Virus record (IMG/VR): IMGVR_UViG_3300014208_000002
Span: 128,001-192,000 of that record
Reading direction: 5' to 3' (one strand)
Length of the DNA stretch: 64,000 nucleotides
Source of the DNA: a virus
Taxonomy: Duplodnaviria > Caudoviricetes
Under the pieces are notes generated by a model. That model did not search any database. It saw only the letters and a list, made by a program, of their open reading frames with translations, and had not been told where the DNA came from. The translations under genes and the position numbers were made by a program. Numbering within the stretch: the first letter of the stretch is position 1; each line of letters opens with the position of its first letter. Shown one piece after another: positions 17,613 through 27,589 of this stretch.

Positions 17613-19655
17613 ATGAATATAAAAACTGAAAATGACAAAAGTTTAATTATAGATGCCCTTGAAGGCGATGAATCTATTTTTCTTCGGGATGATTTTAAAG
17701 GAATAACTGGAGAAGAAGTTCGTTCAGCAGTAAGAGCGATTGTAAATAACCCCAGTCTCAATGAATCACAAAAAAACTATTTTCTTAAAAACTCGTGGAG
17801 GATATTATACTCTTCCCGTCCTCCATCCATAGAGGAATTTCTTACTCCTGAATGGATAGGTCCGACCGCTAATACTATTTTCCCCCACATAAGAAAAATT
17901 CTAACAGAGTTTTTTAATCCCTTTTCTGATAAGCGGCACTTAATTCTTGCAACAGGAATTGGAACCGGAAAGTCTTTCGCTACAGCAATTGCTTCCTTGT
18001 ACATCCTCACAAATGTAATTTTAATGAAAAACGCCAAGCAATTTTTTAATCTATCTCAGGCCGCAAGTATCGTAGGTCTGTTCGTTTCATTCTCTATGAA
18101 AAAAGCAAAGCAATTACTCGCCGCCCCTTTTCATCAGATTCTTACTTCCTCTCCAAAATTCGTCCGAGTGAAAATGCAAGAGCGCATTGAACCAAAACAA
18201 AAAGAAATTGGATATGATAAAATTGTTTGGTCATCTGCTTCTAAGATGGAAGGTATTGCAGAATTTTCAAATGATGTTCACTTACTTTTAGCCTCTGACC
18301 CTGCCAACCTATTAGGATTAAACTTACTTTTTTGTGCTATGTCAGAACTATCATTCTTTATTGATCGTGGTGTAAATCCTGAAGAAATATGGCGAATTTA
18401 TAATGATGCAAAAGGTCGTATATTCTCTCGTTTCTCAAATCGTTATTTTGCTACTACTATTATGGATAGCTCCCCTAACGATATTGACCTCCCTATTGAT
18501 AAGTATGTTTTCACCGGTGAAGCATATAAAGACCCTCTAAACTATATAGTTACTGGTCCTCATTGGGATTATCTTCCAAAAAAGTATGAAATATGGAATA
18601 AAACGAAAGAGACTTTTCCTATATTTAGGGGAAACTCAATGAAGTTACCCAAAATTTTATCAGAAGATGAACTTCCTAACTATTCTCCAGAAGATATTAT
18701 TCAAGTCCCAATAGATGTAAAAAGTTTATTTGTAAATGATATACAAAAATCTACAAAAGACTATGCTGGCTGGCCCGCTGGTGGAAATAATAAATTGATT
18801 GAAGAACCAGCTATTATTGAAGAAATGTTTGTGGATAATCTAATCAATATTGAAACTTATATTTTTGCTCCCGCTGATAAATCTCCAGAAAGACTTATTT
18901 GGGACCAGATAAAAGACATATTCTTTGTTTTGATTGACAAGAAATACTATTTTTATCGCTATTCTAATCTTCCTCGCTATCTTCATTTTGACTTATCTGA
19001 AACTGGAGACTTGACAGCGGTAAGTGCTTGTCATCTTGAATGTCTTCGTGGAGAAAATATTGTTGTTGTAGATTTTACAATTGTTATTTCTCCTGGAAAA
19101 GGGAGAATAAATTTAGATGCAATTTATGAATTCGTTCTTGATCTTACAAGGGAAGGACATTTGAATATAGCAAAAGTAACAGGCGACCGATATCAATCCT
19201 CTGCTCTTATTCAGAGACTAAAGAGAGATGGATATGAATCAGAAAATGTTTCTGTTGATATGGACACCGCTCCTTACTATATGCTTGCCAGCTTTATTAA
19301 AACAAAAAGAATTAAAGTAGGGAGAAATCTTATTCTTCGTGGAAATCTTCGTTCTTTAATTGAAACAAAAACTGAAAAAGGAAAAAAGAAAATAGATCAC
19401 ATGCTTGGCCCTGTTTCTTATGATTTATCTAATATAAACTGGAATACAAGTATCTTGGGAGTCAATGGAAAGGACTGTTCAGATGCAGTTTGTGGCGCAT
19501 TTTTTACTTGCATGAATGAGTCTCAGGGTGTACCATCAGCAGTATGGGACGAAGCCACTGAACGCACTGTAGGAAATAAGCGTCTTGGAAAAGAACTTAT
19601 GTTAAATAAGATAAAAAATGTTTATGGGTTGAATGTAATGAAAGTTAGTGGTTGA
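17613..19655 (+). CDS. terL: Terminase large subunit
   Basis: ILATGIGTGKS Walker A, LLFCAMSE Walker-B-like, HFDLSETGD and KDCSDAVCG RNase H-fold nuclease motifs. Confidence 0.88.
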   Translation: MNIKTENDKSLIIDALEGDESIFLRDDFKGITGEEVRSAVRAIVNNPSLNESQKNYFLKNSWRILYSSRPPSIEEFLTPEWIGPTANTIFPHIRKILTEFFNPFSDKRHLILATGIGTGKSFATAIASLYILTNVILMKNAKQFFNLSQAASIVGLFVSFSMKKAKQLLAAPFHQILTSSPKFVRVKMQERIEPKQKEIGYDKIVWSSASKMEGIAEFSNDVHLLLASDPANLLGLNLLFCAMSELSFFIDRGVNPEEIWRIYNDAKGRIFSRFSNRYFATTIMDSSPNDIDLPIDKYVFTGEAYKDPLNYIVTGPHWDYLPKKYEIWNKTKETFPIFRGNSMKLPKILSEDELPNYSPEDIIQVPIDVKSLFVNDIQKSTKDYAGWPAGGNNKLIEEPAIIEEMFVDNLINIETYIFAPADKSPERLIWDQIKDIFFVLIDKKYYFYRYSNLPRYLHFDLSETGDLTAVSACHLECLRGENIVVVDFTIVISPGKGRINLDAIYEFVLDLTREGHLNIAKVTGDRYQSSALIQRLKRDGYESENVSVDMDTAPYYMLASFIKTKRIKVGRNLILRGNLRSLIETKTEKGKKKIDHMLGPVSYDLSNINWNTSILGVNGKDCSDAVCGAFFTCMNESQGVPSAVWDEATERTVGNKRLGKELMLNKIKNVYGLNVMKVSG

Positions 19656-19680
19656 ACTTTTAAGAGTTTTCAGGTATAAT
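19652..19680 (+). promoter_or_regulatory. Sigma70-type promoter
   Basis: TTGAAC-17 bp-TATAAT. Confidence 0.65.
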
Positions 19681-19703
19681 TATATACACAAGGAGAAAAT
19701 AAG

Positions 19704-19874
19704 GTGATCCGAGACGAAGAATATGATGGTTTTTATGCGGCAGAAAAGTTTAATCTTTCCAGCAACACATTTAATAATTTGTTGGATGAATTAGATGAAA
19801 AAAAAGATTTAGAAGAGGTTAAAGAAGACCTAAACTCTTCTGATATAGAGATTTACACCTACGAGGTAAAATAA
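19704..19874 (+). CDS. Small acidic protein (not in ORF track)
   Basis: GTG start behind AAGGAG, 56 aa, stop overlaps the next ATG. Confidence 0.55.
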   Translation: MIRDEEYDGFYAAEKFNLSSNTFNNLLDELDEKKDLEEVKEDLNSSDIEIYTYEVK

Positions 19875-20479
19875 TGCCCTATTGGATTAAAAACATTCCA
19901 TACTGCTTGAAAATGTTTTTTCAAAAACTATTTCGAGCTAACCATATATCTGATAATGAAATATGGAGTATGTATTCTTATATTGTTAAAAATACTCTTC
20001 CCCGTCTTCAAGCTTTTAAGAAAGCTAAAAGAGTAAGTTTTCAAGTTACCAGTGAAAATTATGATTATGCTGGAGCCTATGAAGAGGAGCGACAAAAATT
20101 AGAAATTCAAAGGTGGGAAACTGTTTTAGAAAAAATACTTTTTGCTTTTGAGTTTACTTATCAGGAAAACTTTTCTGGTAGAAAAGCTAAAAGAATAGAA
20201 AAGAAAATAAAAGAAAAGTATGGTGATTGGGATGCTAAAACCCCCGATAATAAAAGTTATCATTTTTGGAAAAGAAAAAATAATGAAATGTCAGAGTTAG
20301 TTTCTTCTCCTATTGAGCTTTCTAAAGAAGATATAGCAAGATATTCTAAAGAATATGGAAAAGATTGGGCGGAAAAAAATTGTTTCTATTATAATGTAGA
20401 GCTTCATAGCTCTTTACACACTATGGCTAATGAAGGTTTTGAGTTGTTTGGTAAATATTTTCAAGGGCTATGGGATTAG
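19874..20479 (+). CDS. Hypothetical protein
   Basis: 201-aa ORF. Confidence 0.7.
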   Translation: MPYWIKNIPYCLKMFFQKLFRANHISDNEIWSMYSYIVKNTLPRLQAFKKAKRVSFQVTSENYDYAGAYEEERQKLEIQRWETVLEKILFAFEFTYQENFSGRKAKRIEKKIKEKYGDWDAKTPDNKSYHFWKRKNNEMSELVSSPIELSKEDIARYSKEYGKDWAEKNCFYYNVELHSSLHTMANEGFELFGKYFQGLWD

Positions 20480-20482
20480 TTT

Positions 20483-20716
20483 GTGGAGCAAGAAATTTGT
20501 AGTACTCTAAACACCCTTTTTCCTCCTAATCGGGCACTCATTCGGATAGAAAAAGATAATCGTAAATTATATTTAAACGGATACTATACTAATATAGAAT
20601 GGTGTGATCCAAGAGTAATGGACCCTAATACTCCAGAAAATGAAGCCAGAGATATTTTAATTAAGATGATTGTGCGCTTACTTACTCCAAATATGACTAC
20701 TGAAAAAGGAACTTAA
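20483..20716 (+). CDS. Hypothetical protein
   Basis: 77-aa ORF, GTG start. Confidence 0.5.
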   Translation: MEQEICSTLNTLFPPNRALIRIEKDNRKLYLNGYYTNIEWCDPRVMDPNTPENEARDILIKMIVRLLTPNMTTEKGT

Positions 20717-20739
20717 ATGATTTATTAAAAGGTTGTATT

Positions 20740-21171
20740 ATGGAAGAAATTAAAAACGAAATAGTTAGTAGTCAAAAAATAAAAATAGGCTATCAAGAGT
20801 ATACCATAGAACACCGACTTAATAAAATTATGGAAGGTAAGGATGAGTGTGAAGGCTTATATATTCCTATGGAGGCAAAGATTTTAATTGCTAGTTCTTT
20901 AGTTGGTGACGAAAAAGTTCAAACAATATTTCATGAAATTCTTCATGCCATGTCAGCAATATATCATATTGATTTATCAGAAAGACAAGTAGACCAAATA
21001 GCAACAGCTTTTGTAATTATGATGAGAGATAATCCTAATTTTTTAGAAAAATTATTCTCTCAAGGAGGATTAGATGGAAGAGAACACAGCACAGGACAAT
21101 CTAAAGCTAAACGAAAAAGTAGTAACTCAGGAAGAGTTCAACGCCCGAAAGGAACTGTTGGAAAAAAATAA
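20740..21171 (+). CDS. HEXXH metallopeptidase-like protein (ImmA/IrrE-like)
   Basis: CEGLY...KILI...TIFHEILHAM. Confidence 0.7.
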   Translation: MEEIKNEIVSSQKIKIGYQEYTIEHRLNKIMEGKDECEGLYIPMEAKILIASSLVGDEKVQTIFHEILHAMSAIYHIDLSERQVDQIATAFVIMMRDNPNFLEKLFSQGGLDGREHSTGQSKAKRKSSNSGRVQRPKGTVGKK

Positions 21172-21229
21172 AGGGGTTACTGTTGTTGAAGTAAAGCCCG
21201 GAGAGTTCAAGTCTCGCCTTCAAGATTGA
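21074..21229 (+). CDS. Small overlapping ORF (51 aa, not in ORF track)
   Basis: Strong RBS AAGGAGGA; MEENTAQDNLKLNEKVV... Confidence 0.5.
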   Translation: MEENTAQDNLKLNEKVVTQEEFNARKELLEKNKGVTVVEVKPGEFKSRLQD

Positions 21230-21254
21230 TACTTTACCCTTTTCTTGTTATACT
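21226..21254 (+). promoter_or_regulatory. Sigma70-type promoter
   Basis: TTGATA-17 bp-TATACT with TG extended -10. Confidence 0.7.
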
Positions 21255-21274
21255 ATAAGGGAGAGAGGATATAA

Positions 21275-21616
21275 ATGAAACTCAATTCTAAGGAAGCCTA
21301 CGAAAAAATACATTTACTTTCTGAGGTTGCTATTGAAGATGTAAAAGCAGTCTTTGAAGCTATATTAACTTCTTCTGTTTTAAACTATGCTGAAGGAGAA
21401 GCCACTTACCTTCCTGGCGTAGGAAAGCTTTCAATTCACTATGAAGGTGAGGAGTTTGTTAAAGAAGGAAAACAAGCCAAAATTTTTATTGAAATTGATC
21501 CAGATGATACTCTTAAAAAGAATATAGGACAAGTTGTTGACAAAGTTGAAACAGATGTTGAAAAGAAATACAAGTCAAAGATTAGAAGCATTTTAAATGA
21601 ACTTTTGGTTAAATAA
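21275..21616 (+). CDS. HU/IHF-like DNA-binding protein
   Basis: Two N-terminal helices then EGEATYLPGVGKL, matching the HU G-x-x-V-x-L-x-G-F-G pattern. Confidence 0.55.
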   Translation: MKLNSKEAYEKIHLLSEVAIEDVKAVFEAILTSSVLNYAEGEATYLPGVGKLSIHYEGEEFVKEGKQAKIFIEIDPDDTLKKNIGQVVDKVETDVEKKYKSKIRSILNELLVK

Positions 21617-21625
21617 GGATATATC

Positions 21626-22360
21626 TTGCTTAAATACATTGGGTGTAGAAAATGTAAAGGAGAAAAATATATTTACTCTCAAGATGACGGAGGGTATATT
21701 GCTACACCATGCGAATGTTGGAAAGAATTTGTTTCTAAAAAGAATCTTGAAATAAAATTATTACAAGCAAATCTCTCTGATAAAGACCTTTTATATTCTA
21801 TAGATACTTATGAAGGGATTAAATCAATAGATAGTATAAATAATATAAAGCTCTATGTAGAAAAGTTTGAAGAAAAGTTTTGTCATAATAGTCTTTTTTT
21901 CTATGGTGGAATGTCTACCCAGAAAACTACAGTAGCAAAATGGGTTGGAAAGGAGATTCTTCAAAAGAAATTAAAAGTTTATTATATTCTAATGAATGAT
22001 TTAATCAAAGCCTATTTGAATATAGGATTTGATTCTTCTAGTAATGAAGAGAACGAAGGAACAAAATTAGTTGATAAGATAAACTCCGTGGATTTACTTA
22101 TTGTTGATGAATCTTTTTCAAAAGATCGTAATACTATTTATAAATCTCGTTATCAAGTTCCTTTTATTGATTCCTTTCTGCGTACTCGTCTTGAAACAAA
22201 AAAGTTAGCAACTATATTTATATCCAATGATCCAATATCTTCCATTGATGTAGAAGTTTATAATGAGTATATCCAAGAGCTTGTCAAAAGAAATTGCACC
22301 AGTTTAGAGTTCCAAGATAAAGTAGGATCAACTCAAAATCCCGAGGATATTTTTAAATGA
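21626..22360 (+). CDS. DnaC/IstB-like helicase loader ATPase
   Basis: CRKC...CEC zinc motif, FYGGMSTQKT variant Walker A, LLIVDE Walker B; adjacent to helicase. Confidence 0.7.
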   Translation: MLKYIGCRKCKGEKYIYSQDDGGYIATPCECWKEFVSKKNLEIKLLQANLSDKDLLYSIDTYEGIKSIDSINNIKLYVEKFEEKFCHNSLFFYGGMSTQKTTVAKWVGKEILQKKLKVYYILMNDLIKAYLNIGFDSSSNEENEGTKLVDKINSVDLLIVDESFSKDRNTIYKSRYQVPFIDSFLRTRLETKKLATIFISNDPISSIDVEVYNEYIQELVKRNCTSLEFQDKVGSTQNPEDIFK

Positions 22361-23733
22361 GTAACCTTAATATAGCCTATGCTGAACATAGTATCCTATC
22401 CCATATTTTACATTATCCAAGTCAATTATTACAGGTAGAAGATAAATTCTTTGTATCGGAGCCAGCCAAAATAATTTTTGGTGCAATAAAGACTCTTCTT
22501 GAAAATAATGTAGAAATAAATAATCATAATATAGTTCTTGAAACTTCTCAAAAAGATGATAGTATTCGTGAAGACCACATTGAAAAAATAAGAAGCGTTG
22601 AAGCAGATGAAAATGCTTTTGATTTTCTATATAAAACATTACGAACAGCTAAGGCACAATATAATATCCAGAATGACTTAGCAGAAGGACTCCTTAAAGA
22701 ATCTGCCCGAAAAGAAATAAATATTGAAAGGGTAAAAGAATTTCGGGATGCTTTAACTGAAAACTTGGAAGAGATAGAGGGAAAAGATAAAGTACTTATT
22801 GATACGAGGACTTGGTTAGATTTATATGCCACTGATTTGAATAGAAGACGAAGCGGCTTATCTTTTTATTCCACTGGAGATGGTGAATTAGATTCTTTAC
22901 TTACTACAGCGTTTGAACCTGGATACTTTAATATACTTGCTGGACATTCTGGTATAGGCAAATCTTCTTTTGCACTTATGTTAAATAATAAGCAGTTGAA
23001 TAGACAAATACCTTCTCTTCGTATTTCAAACGAAATGACAGCAATCTCTGATATGGATAGGCTTATTGCCCAACGAAATAGAATTCCTATTAGATTATTA
23101 TATCCTCATCGTGGGGATGAAGAGGGTATCCCTGATCATATATTTCAAACGCTTGAACAAGAAAGAAATAAAATTGGAAAGGCAAAATTTTTCCGGTACG
23201 CATATCTCCCAAGTGGATCATTAGATGATGTTGAAATGCTAATAAAAAAAGCAAAAGCAGAAATGGGTGTTAAATATATTGCTGTAACAATAGACCTTCT
23301 AACAAAGCTTGATGATTTTAGTGGGGACAATAAGGCTTCACGCTATGAGGATAGTGTTAATAAGTTAGACACACTTGCAAAACGCACAAATAGTTCTATT
23401 CTTGGAATCGTACAACTCCGTAGACCCTCAGATAAGGTAATTGTAAAATGTGAAGAGGACTTGGAAAAGTTCCGACCTGAGATTCAGGAAATTAAAAATG
23501 CTGGTGCATTAGAGGAACGAGCAAGAATTGTCATGACAATCTTTAGGAAAAGGTTTTGGGCAGAGAAGTATTTTAAATCCGATCCTTTACTCGCCCCTCT
23601 TTTAGAAATCATTGATAATGTAGCAGAAATTGACATTTTAAAGCAGAATCTGGGTTTTGTTGGGGTACAGTCTAAGTATCTTTTTGATGGAGAGTGTGCT
23701 TCTTTTGCTAATTATGTAGAAAATAATGGTTGA
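22357..23733 (+). CDS. dnaB: Replicative DNA helicase, DnaB family
   Basis: ILAGHSGIGKSSF, SNEM, IVQLRR, IKNAGALEERARIV, ILKQN. Confidence 0.88.
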   Translation: MSNLNIAYAEHSILSHILHYPSQLLQVEDKFFVSEPAKIIFGAIKTLLENNVEINNHNIVLETSQKDDSIREDHIEKIRSVEADENAFDFLYKTLRTAKAQYNIQNDLAEGLLKESARKEINIERVKEFRDALTENLEEIEGKDKVLIDTRTWLDLYATDLNRRRSGLSFYSTGDGELDSLLTTAFEPGYFNILAGHSGIGKSSFALMLNNKQLNRQIPSLRISNEMTAISDMDRLIAQRNRIPIRLLYPHRGDEEGIPDHIFQTLEQERNKIGKAKFFRYAYLPSGSLDDVEMLIKKAKAEMGVKYIAVTIDLLTKLDDFSGDNKASRYEDSVNKLDTLAKRTNSSILGIVQLRRPSDKVIVKCEEDLEKFRPEIQEIKNAGALEERARIVMTIFRKRFWAEKYFKSDPLLAPLLEIIDNVAEIDILKQNLGFVGVQSKYLFDGECASFANYVENNG

Positions 23734-23758
23734 CAATCTATCTTTTTTCTTTTATAGT
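23730..23758 (+). promoter_or_regulatory. Sigma70-type promoter
   Basis: TTGACA-17 bp-TATAGT. Confidence 0.8.
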
Positions 23759-23780
23759 ATAAATATAAGGGGGCCTAAAA

Positions 23781-24347
23781 ATGGGCAAAAGACAGAATGA
23801 AGAGTACATGCGAAGCTTGACTATCAGTCTTTCTCCTGCAAAGCTTTCCAGTTTTGCAGAAAGAGTGGTAGCCAAGTTGAATCCTTCCTTTCAACTTTCC
23901 AGCGATGTTCACTATGCATTCCAGCATCGAAATAATAAAATAAGTGTAAAAGTATCTCGTGCTTTTTTTAGTAAGAAAAAGGATATAAGTAATTATCTTG
24001 ACTATCTATCGGATTCTCTTGACTCTCGCTTGTATTCTCTAAAGGGAAAACAAAAAGACCTCTTGACTGGAAATTTCCTTTGCAACATTCAACAGATTAG
24101 GGAAAAGTTCACCGATGTTCTTTGGTATGGCGTCTTCTTTGAGGAGGGGCTTTATCTTTTTAAATCACCGATTAAGAAATTGAAGATTGCCAGCAAGCAT
24201 ATCAATTTTATGAACTATCAGCATATCGGGAGTAAAGACGAAGGACAATTTCATATAACCAGTAAGAATTTTTCTTATCACATTGAAAAAAATCTTACTA
24301 AAGTATTGACTTACGATGAACTATACTCTCTGGCGGAGGCAATGTAA
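23781..24347 (+). CDS. Hypothetical protein, possibly restriction-endonuclease-like
   Basis: KISVKVSRA, NIQQIR, QHIGSKDEGQFHI; catalytic residues uncertain. Confidence 0.4.
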   Translation: MGKRQNEEYMRSLTISLSPAKLSSFAERVVAKLNPSFQLSSDVHYAFQHRNNKISVKVSRAFFSKKKDISNYLDYLSDSLDSRLYSLKGKQKDLLTGNFLCNIQQIREKFTDVLWYGVFFEEGLYLFKSPIKKLKIASKHINFMNYQHIGSKDEGQFHITSKNFSYHIEKNLTKVLTYDELYSLAEAM

Positions 24348-24348
24348 A

Positions 24349-24507
24349 TTGAAACAAAAAGCTTTTCTCATAGCTGAAACTTTTGATATATCTAATCTTA
24401 ATACCTATTTGGACTCCGGGTGGTATGTAGCATCTACAACCGCCTTTATTGCTCCTGATAATGCTTCAGGGTCAGGACGGATTTTAGTTATTATACAAAA
24501 GGATTAA
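24349..24507 (+). CDS. Small hypothetical protein
   Basis: TTG start behind GGAGG. Confidence 0.45.
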   Translation: MKQKAFLIAETFDISNLNTYLDSGWYVASTTAFIAPDNASGSGRILVIIQKD

Positions 24508-24508
24508 A

Positions 24509-24691
24509 ATGAGTTTTAGAGAGAGAAAAGAGGAAAGAAAAAAATTTTATAAAGAATTTATTGAGGGATGGAAATTAAGAAAATGCTACGCTTGTAATGG
24601 GTCAGGATACTATGATAGGGGTGGGCGAAAGTGTTCAGCCTGTGAAGGTACAGGAAAAGAAAGATATAAATCTGATAAGGAAAAAGAATGA
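24509..24691 (+). CDS. Small zinc-finger protein (CxxCxGxG type)
   Basis: CYACNGSG...CSACEGTG. Confidence 0.7.
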   Translation: MSFRERKEERKKFYKEFIEGWKLRKCYACNGSGYYDRGGRKCSACEGTGKERYKSDKEKE

Positions 24692-25266
24692 AAGGAAAAA
24701 ACTTCTCTGGAAACAATGCTTCGGGAAAGCGAAAGAAATCTGATTTCTATGAAACTCATTACAGTTTAACAAGACAAATTCTTGAAAGAGAAGATTTACC
24801 GGGAACTATTCTTGAACCGGCTTGTGGAAATAATGCTATTGTAAGTGTTCTATTAGAAAAGTATACTGGAATTACTCATTACGATTTATCTGGTGGAATG
24901 GACTTTCTAAAAGAATCAAATCCGTATGATACTATTATTACAAACCCCCCATATTCTCTTGCGTTTGAATTTATTCAAAAAGCAAAGGAAGTAGCGAAAC
25001 AAAAAATAATTATGCTCCTTCCTCTGTCCTACCTTCATGGAGTAGAGCGGTATAATAAGATATATCAGGATACTACTTTTCCTCTAAAGTGTGTTTATGT
25101 ATTTACTCGCTATCCTCTATTTGGGGAGCCACTAAGACAAGATGGGAAATATTCTACGGGCATGATTGTTTTCGGATGGTTTTGCTGGGAAAAGGGATAT
25201 GTAGGAGAACCAGCTATTCGTTGGATAAATAATCAAGAATTTATTTTAAGCAAGAAGGATAAATAG
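24688..25266 (+). CDS. Phage DNA N6-adenine methyltransferase
   Basis: DFYET, ILEPACG, IITNPPY. Confidence 0.85.
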   Translation: MKGKNFSGNNASGKRKKSDFYETHYSLTRQILEREDLPGTILEPACGNNAIVSVLLEKYTGITHYDLSGGMDFLKESNPYDTIITNPPYSLAFEFIQKAKEVAKQKIIMLLPLSYLHGVERYNKIYQDTTFPLKCVYVFTRYPLFGEPLRQDGKYSTGMIVFGWFCWEKGYVGEPAIRWINNQEFILSKKDK

Positions 25267-25448
25267 CATGGAAGAAGCAAGTGAATTGGAATATCTTACT
25301 TGGTTTGCGCTAAACGCTGATTTTGGGCCAGCAGATAGTGATGTTAAAATAAAGCTTCAATATTACTTTGAAAGAGAAACAGGTAAAAAGGTTCCGAAAA
25401 CTTGGAAAATAGAGTAAAACTATTTTTAGAACTCAAAAAGGAGTCTAA

Positions 25449-25817
25449 ATGAAATCATTATCAGAATTATCAAAGAGCGAACTTGAGAGTTTGATAACGA
25501 ATAGTAATCTGAATGGAAAATCAATAAATATAAATGATCCCATTTTTGATTGCGCTACTTGTGGGGAAAAAGGCGCAAGCTACTATTATATTTGTGATAT
25601 GTGTCAAGAAGTTGATACAATAAGTAATAGACCAAAGTGTCGTGCGGAATTATTTTCGGCATTAGGAGAGACTAATCTACTAAAGACCTGTGAAGCGTAC
25701 TTAGATGAATGTGAAAACAAAGAAATAGATTCTGATACCGAGCATTTTATTTTTGAGGAAGTTATGGGTTTTATCTATGGTAAAGACATTTGGAGCTATG
25801 TCAACGGTTTAAAATAA
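25449..25817 (+). CDS. Cys-rich hypothetical protein
   Basis: CATC...CDMC; RBS AAGGAG. Confidence 0.65.
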   Translation: MKSLSELSKSELESLITNSNLNGKSININDPIFDCATCGEKGASYYYICDMCQEVDTISNRPKCRAELFSALGETNLLKTCEAYLDECENKEIDSDTEHFIFEEVMGFIYGKDIWSYVNGLK

Positions 25818-25832
25818 AAAAGGAGAAATAAT

Positions 25833-26174
25833 ATGTATGGAACATTTATTTCAGTAGATGATATGAACAAGATTATTTTTGATAAAAGTCTTATGCATGT
25901 TCGTGGAGAAATGAAGGGAGAAATTTTTCATTGGACTCGGGTATATGCGGCATTAAAGGCTGTCAAGATAAATAAAGTATACCTTGTTATTCGTGATGAA
26001 GATGAAGGCATTTGCTATATGTATTTTAAGGATAATAACATCACTCAGTATTTTACTATTACTAATTTCAAGGTTGATATGTTTGACTTTATGAAGATAA
26101 ACATTATGACCGATACTTTATTTGATGAATTAGCTGTAAAAGCTAAAGTAGATTTATTGGAGAATAATGCATGA
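25833..26174 (+). CDS. Hypothetical protein
   Basis: 113 aa, RBS AAGGAG. Confidence 0.65.
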   Translation: MYGTFISVDDMNKIIFDKSLMHVRGEMKGEIFHWTRVYAALKAVKINKVYLVIRDEDEGICYMYFKDNNITQYFTITNFKVDMFDFMKINIMTDTLFDELAVKAKVDLLENNA

Positions 26175-26321
26175 AAAATGATATAGTAATGGTTATATCT
26201 AAATCAGCATTACCATATATTCTTGAAGAATTGCTTGAAGAGGTGATTGAACATAAACTTCTTATTAGAGTAATGGAAGATTCAGATTTTATTCTTTTTT
26301 GTAATGAGGGAGAAAAAATAA

Positions 26322-27296
26322 GTGGATAATCTCATTATCATAGGTGATCCTCATACCAGAGAGGAGAGTCCTTATAATATCGCAGTAGAAAAATTTACAG
26401 CCTGGATAGATAAACAACCGTGGAATAATCCAAACAATGTTGGATTATTTCTTGGAGACATTTTTCATAAGTATATGCCTACTCCTCCTGAAAATGATTT
26501 AGCAATTCATTTATTCAAGGATTGTCTTCACTTTAAAAAAATTATTATTCTTTGCGGAAACCATGATCGGAAACGAGATATAAACGCTCTGGAAGTATTT
26601 AATTCTTTTAAAAATGTTCAAGTAATCTATAAACCAACTATTGAAATGATAGAAAATATATCTTGTCTATTCCTTCCCCATTATGACCCTCATTATTATT
26701 CTGACTTGACTACTATGAAACAAGATTATATTAAAGATGGCCTTGTTTCTAAATTTCCCGGAATAGATTCTGTTGAATATGTTTTTGGACATTTTTCTAA
26801 CAGTAGTCTTTTTGGAGAAGAAATAGATACTTCTTGGCTTCCTGCTAAAAAAGTTTTAGGTCATGTTCATGTAGCTTCTTTAGGAAAGGATTTCATTGGA
26901 ACCCCCTATATTACCCGAAGTGATGAAAAAGGGCAGAAGGGCAGAGTTCTTTCAATAGACCTTTCTACTCAAAAAGAAGAATATATTCCCGTTCCAGTTT
27001 TTATGGACTATAAAACAATTAAGTACGGGGAACGCCTTGAAAACTCCGATATAACTTATTTCTTAGATATTGAAGATGCGCCAGACGAAGATAGTGCAAA
27101 GGCTTTTTATGAAGGATCATATATTCATAAAATTCGTGTAAAGGGAAAAGTAGAAAAAAAGGTATCAAATAAAGAAAACTCCTCGGAAAAAAAAGCTATA
27201 ACAGAATATGTAGAAGAGTTTTTTAAGCTCCATTGTACTCATGTAGAAAAACTAAAATTACGAATAAGAGAACTTACTAATAAAAAGGAGGTATAA
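26322..27296 (+). CDS. Metallophosphoesterase nuclease, Mre11/SbcD/T4 gp47-like
   Basis: IIGDPH, LGDIF, CGNHD, FGHF, LGHVH. Confidence 0.8.
   Translation: MDNLIIIGDPHTREESPYNIAVEKFTAWIDKQPWNNPNNVGLFLGDIFHKYMPTPPENDLAIHLFKDCLHFKKIIILCGNHDRKRDINALEVFNSFKNVQVIYKPTIEMIENISCLFLPHYDPHYYSDLTTMKQDYIKDGLVSKFPGIDSVEYVFGHFSNSSLFGEEIDTSWLPAKKVLGHVHVASLGKDFIGTPYITRSDEKGQKGRVLSIDLSTQKEEYIPVPVFMDYKTIKYGERLENSDITYFLDIEDAPDEDSAKAFYEGSYIHKIRVKGKVEKKVSNKENSSEKKAITEYVEEFFKLHCTHVEKLKLRIRELTNKKEV
27275..27282 (+). promoter_or_regulatory. TACTAATA motif
   Basis: Exact motif just before RBS AAGGAGGT of the next gene. Confidence 0.45.
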
Positions 27297-27298
27297 AT

Positions 27299-27538
27299 AT
27301 GTTCTACGCATATAAATGTGAAAGTGAAACTTGTGAAAATATATTTGAAATTGAGTTACCTTTAGCCGATGAAAAGCCTACGATAGTAGAGTGTCCTTTA
27401 TGTAAGGGAGAAGCCCATAGGTATTGGAAAGGAAATGGGGTAGTTTTACCTGAAAATTTTCGTGCCGCAAATGGTGATCCCGGATGGACCTCCCGATATG
27501 GGAAGTTTCCTCCAGGAATAAAAGGAAAATATTTTTAA
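27299..27538 (+). CDS. FmdB-like zinc-ribbon protein
   Basis: YAYKCESETCENIFE...CPLCKG. Confidence 0.75.
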   Translation: MFYAYKCESETCENIFEIELPLADEKPTIVECPLCKGEAHRYWKGNGVVLPENFRAANGDPGWTSRYGKFPPGIKGKYF

Positions 27539-27564
27539 ATATAAGAAGATTAGAAAGGAGGCGC

Positions 27565-27572
27565 TACTAATA
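27565..27572 (+). promoter_or_regulatory. TACTAATA motif
   Basis: Exact motif, intergenic, before HNH gene and portal. Confidence 0.6.
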
Positions 27573-27589
27573 TAAAAGAGGTAGAATCA

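Noticed and set aside
20587-20594. TACTAATA copies at 9312, 20587, 59420 and 63854 as promoters
   Set aside because: They lie in coding sequence or overlap a stop codon, and a few chance hits are expected in AT-rich DNA, so they were not annotated.
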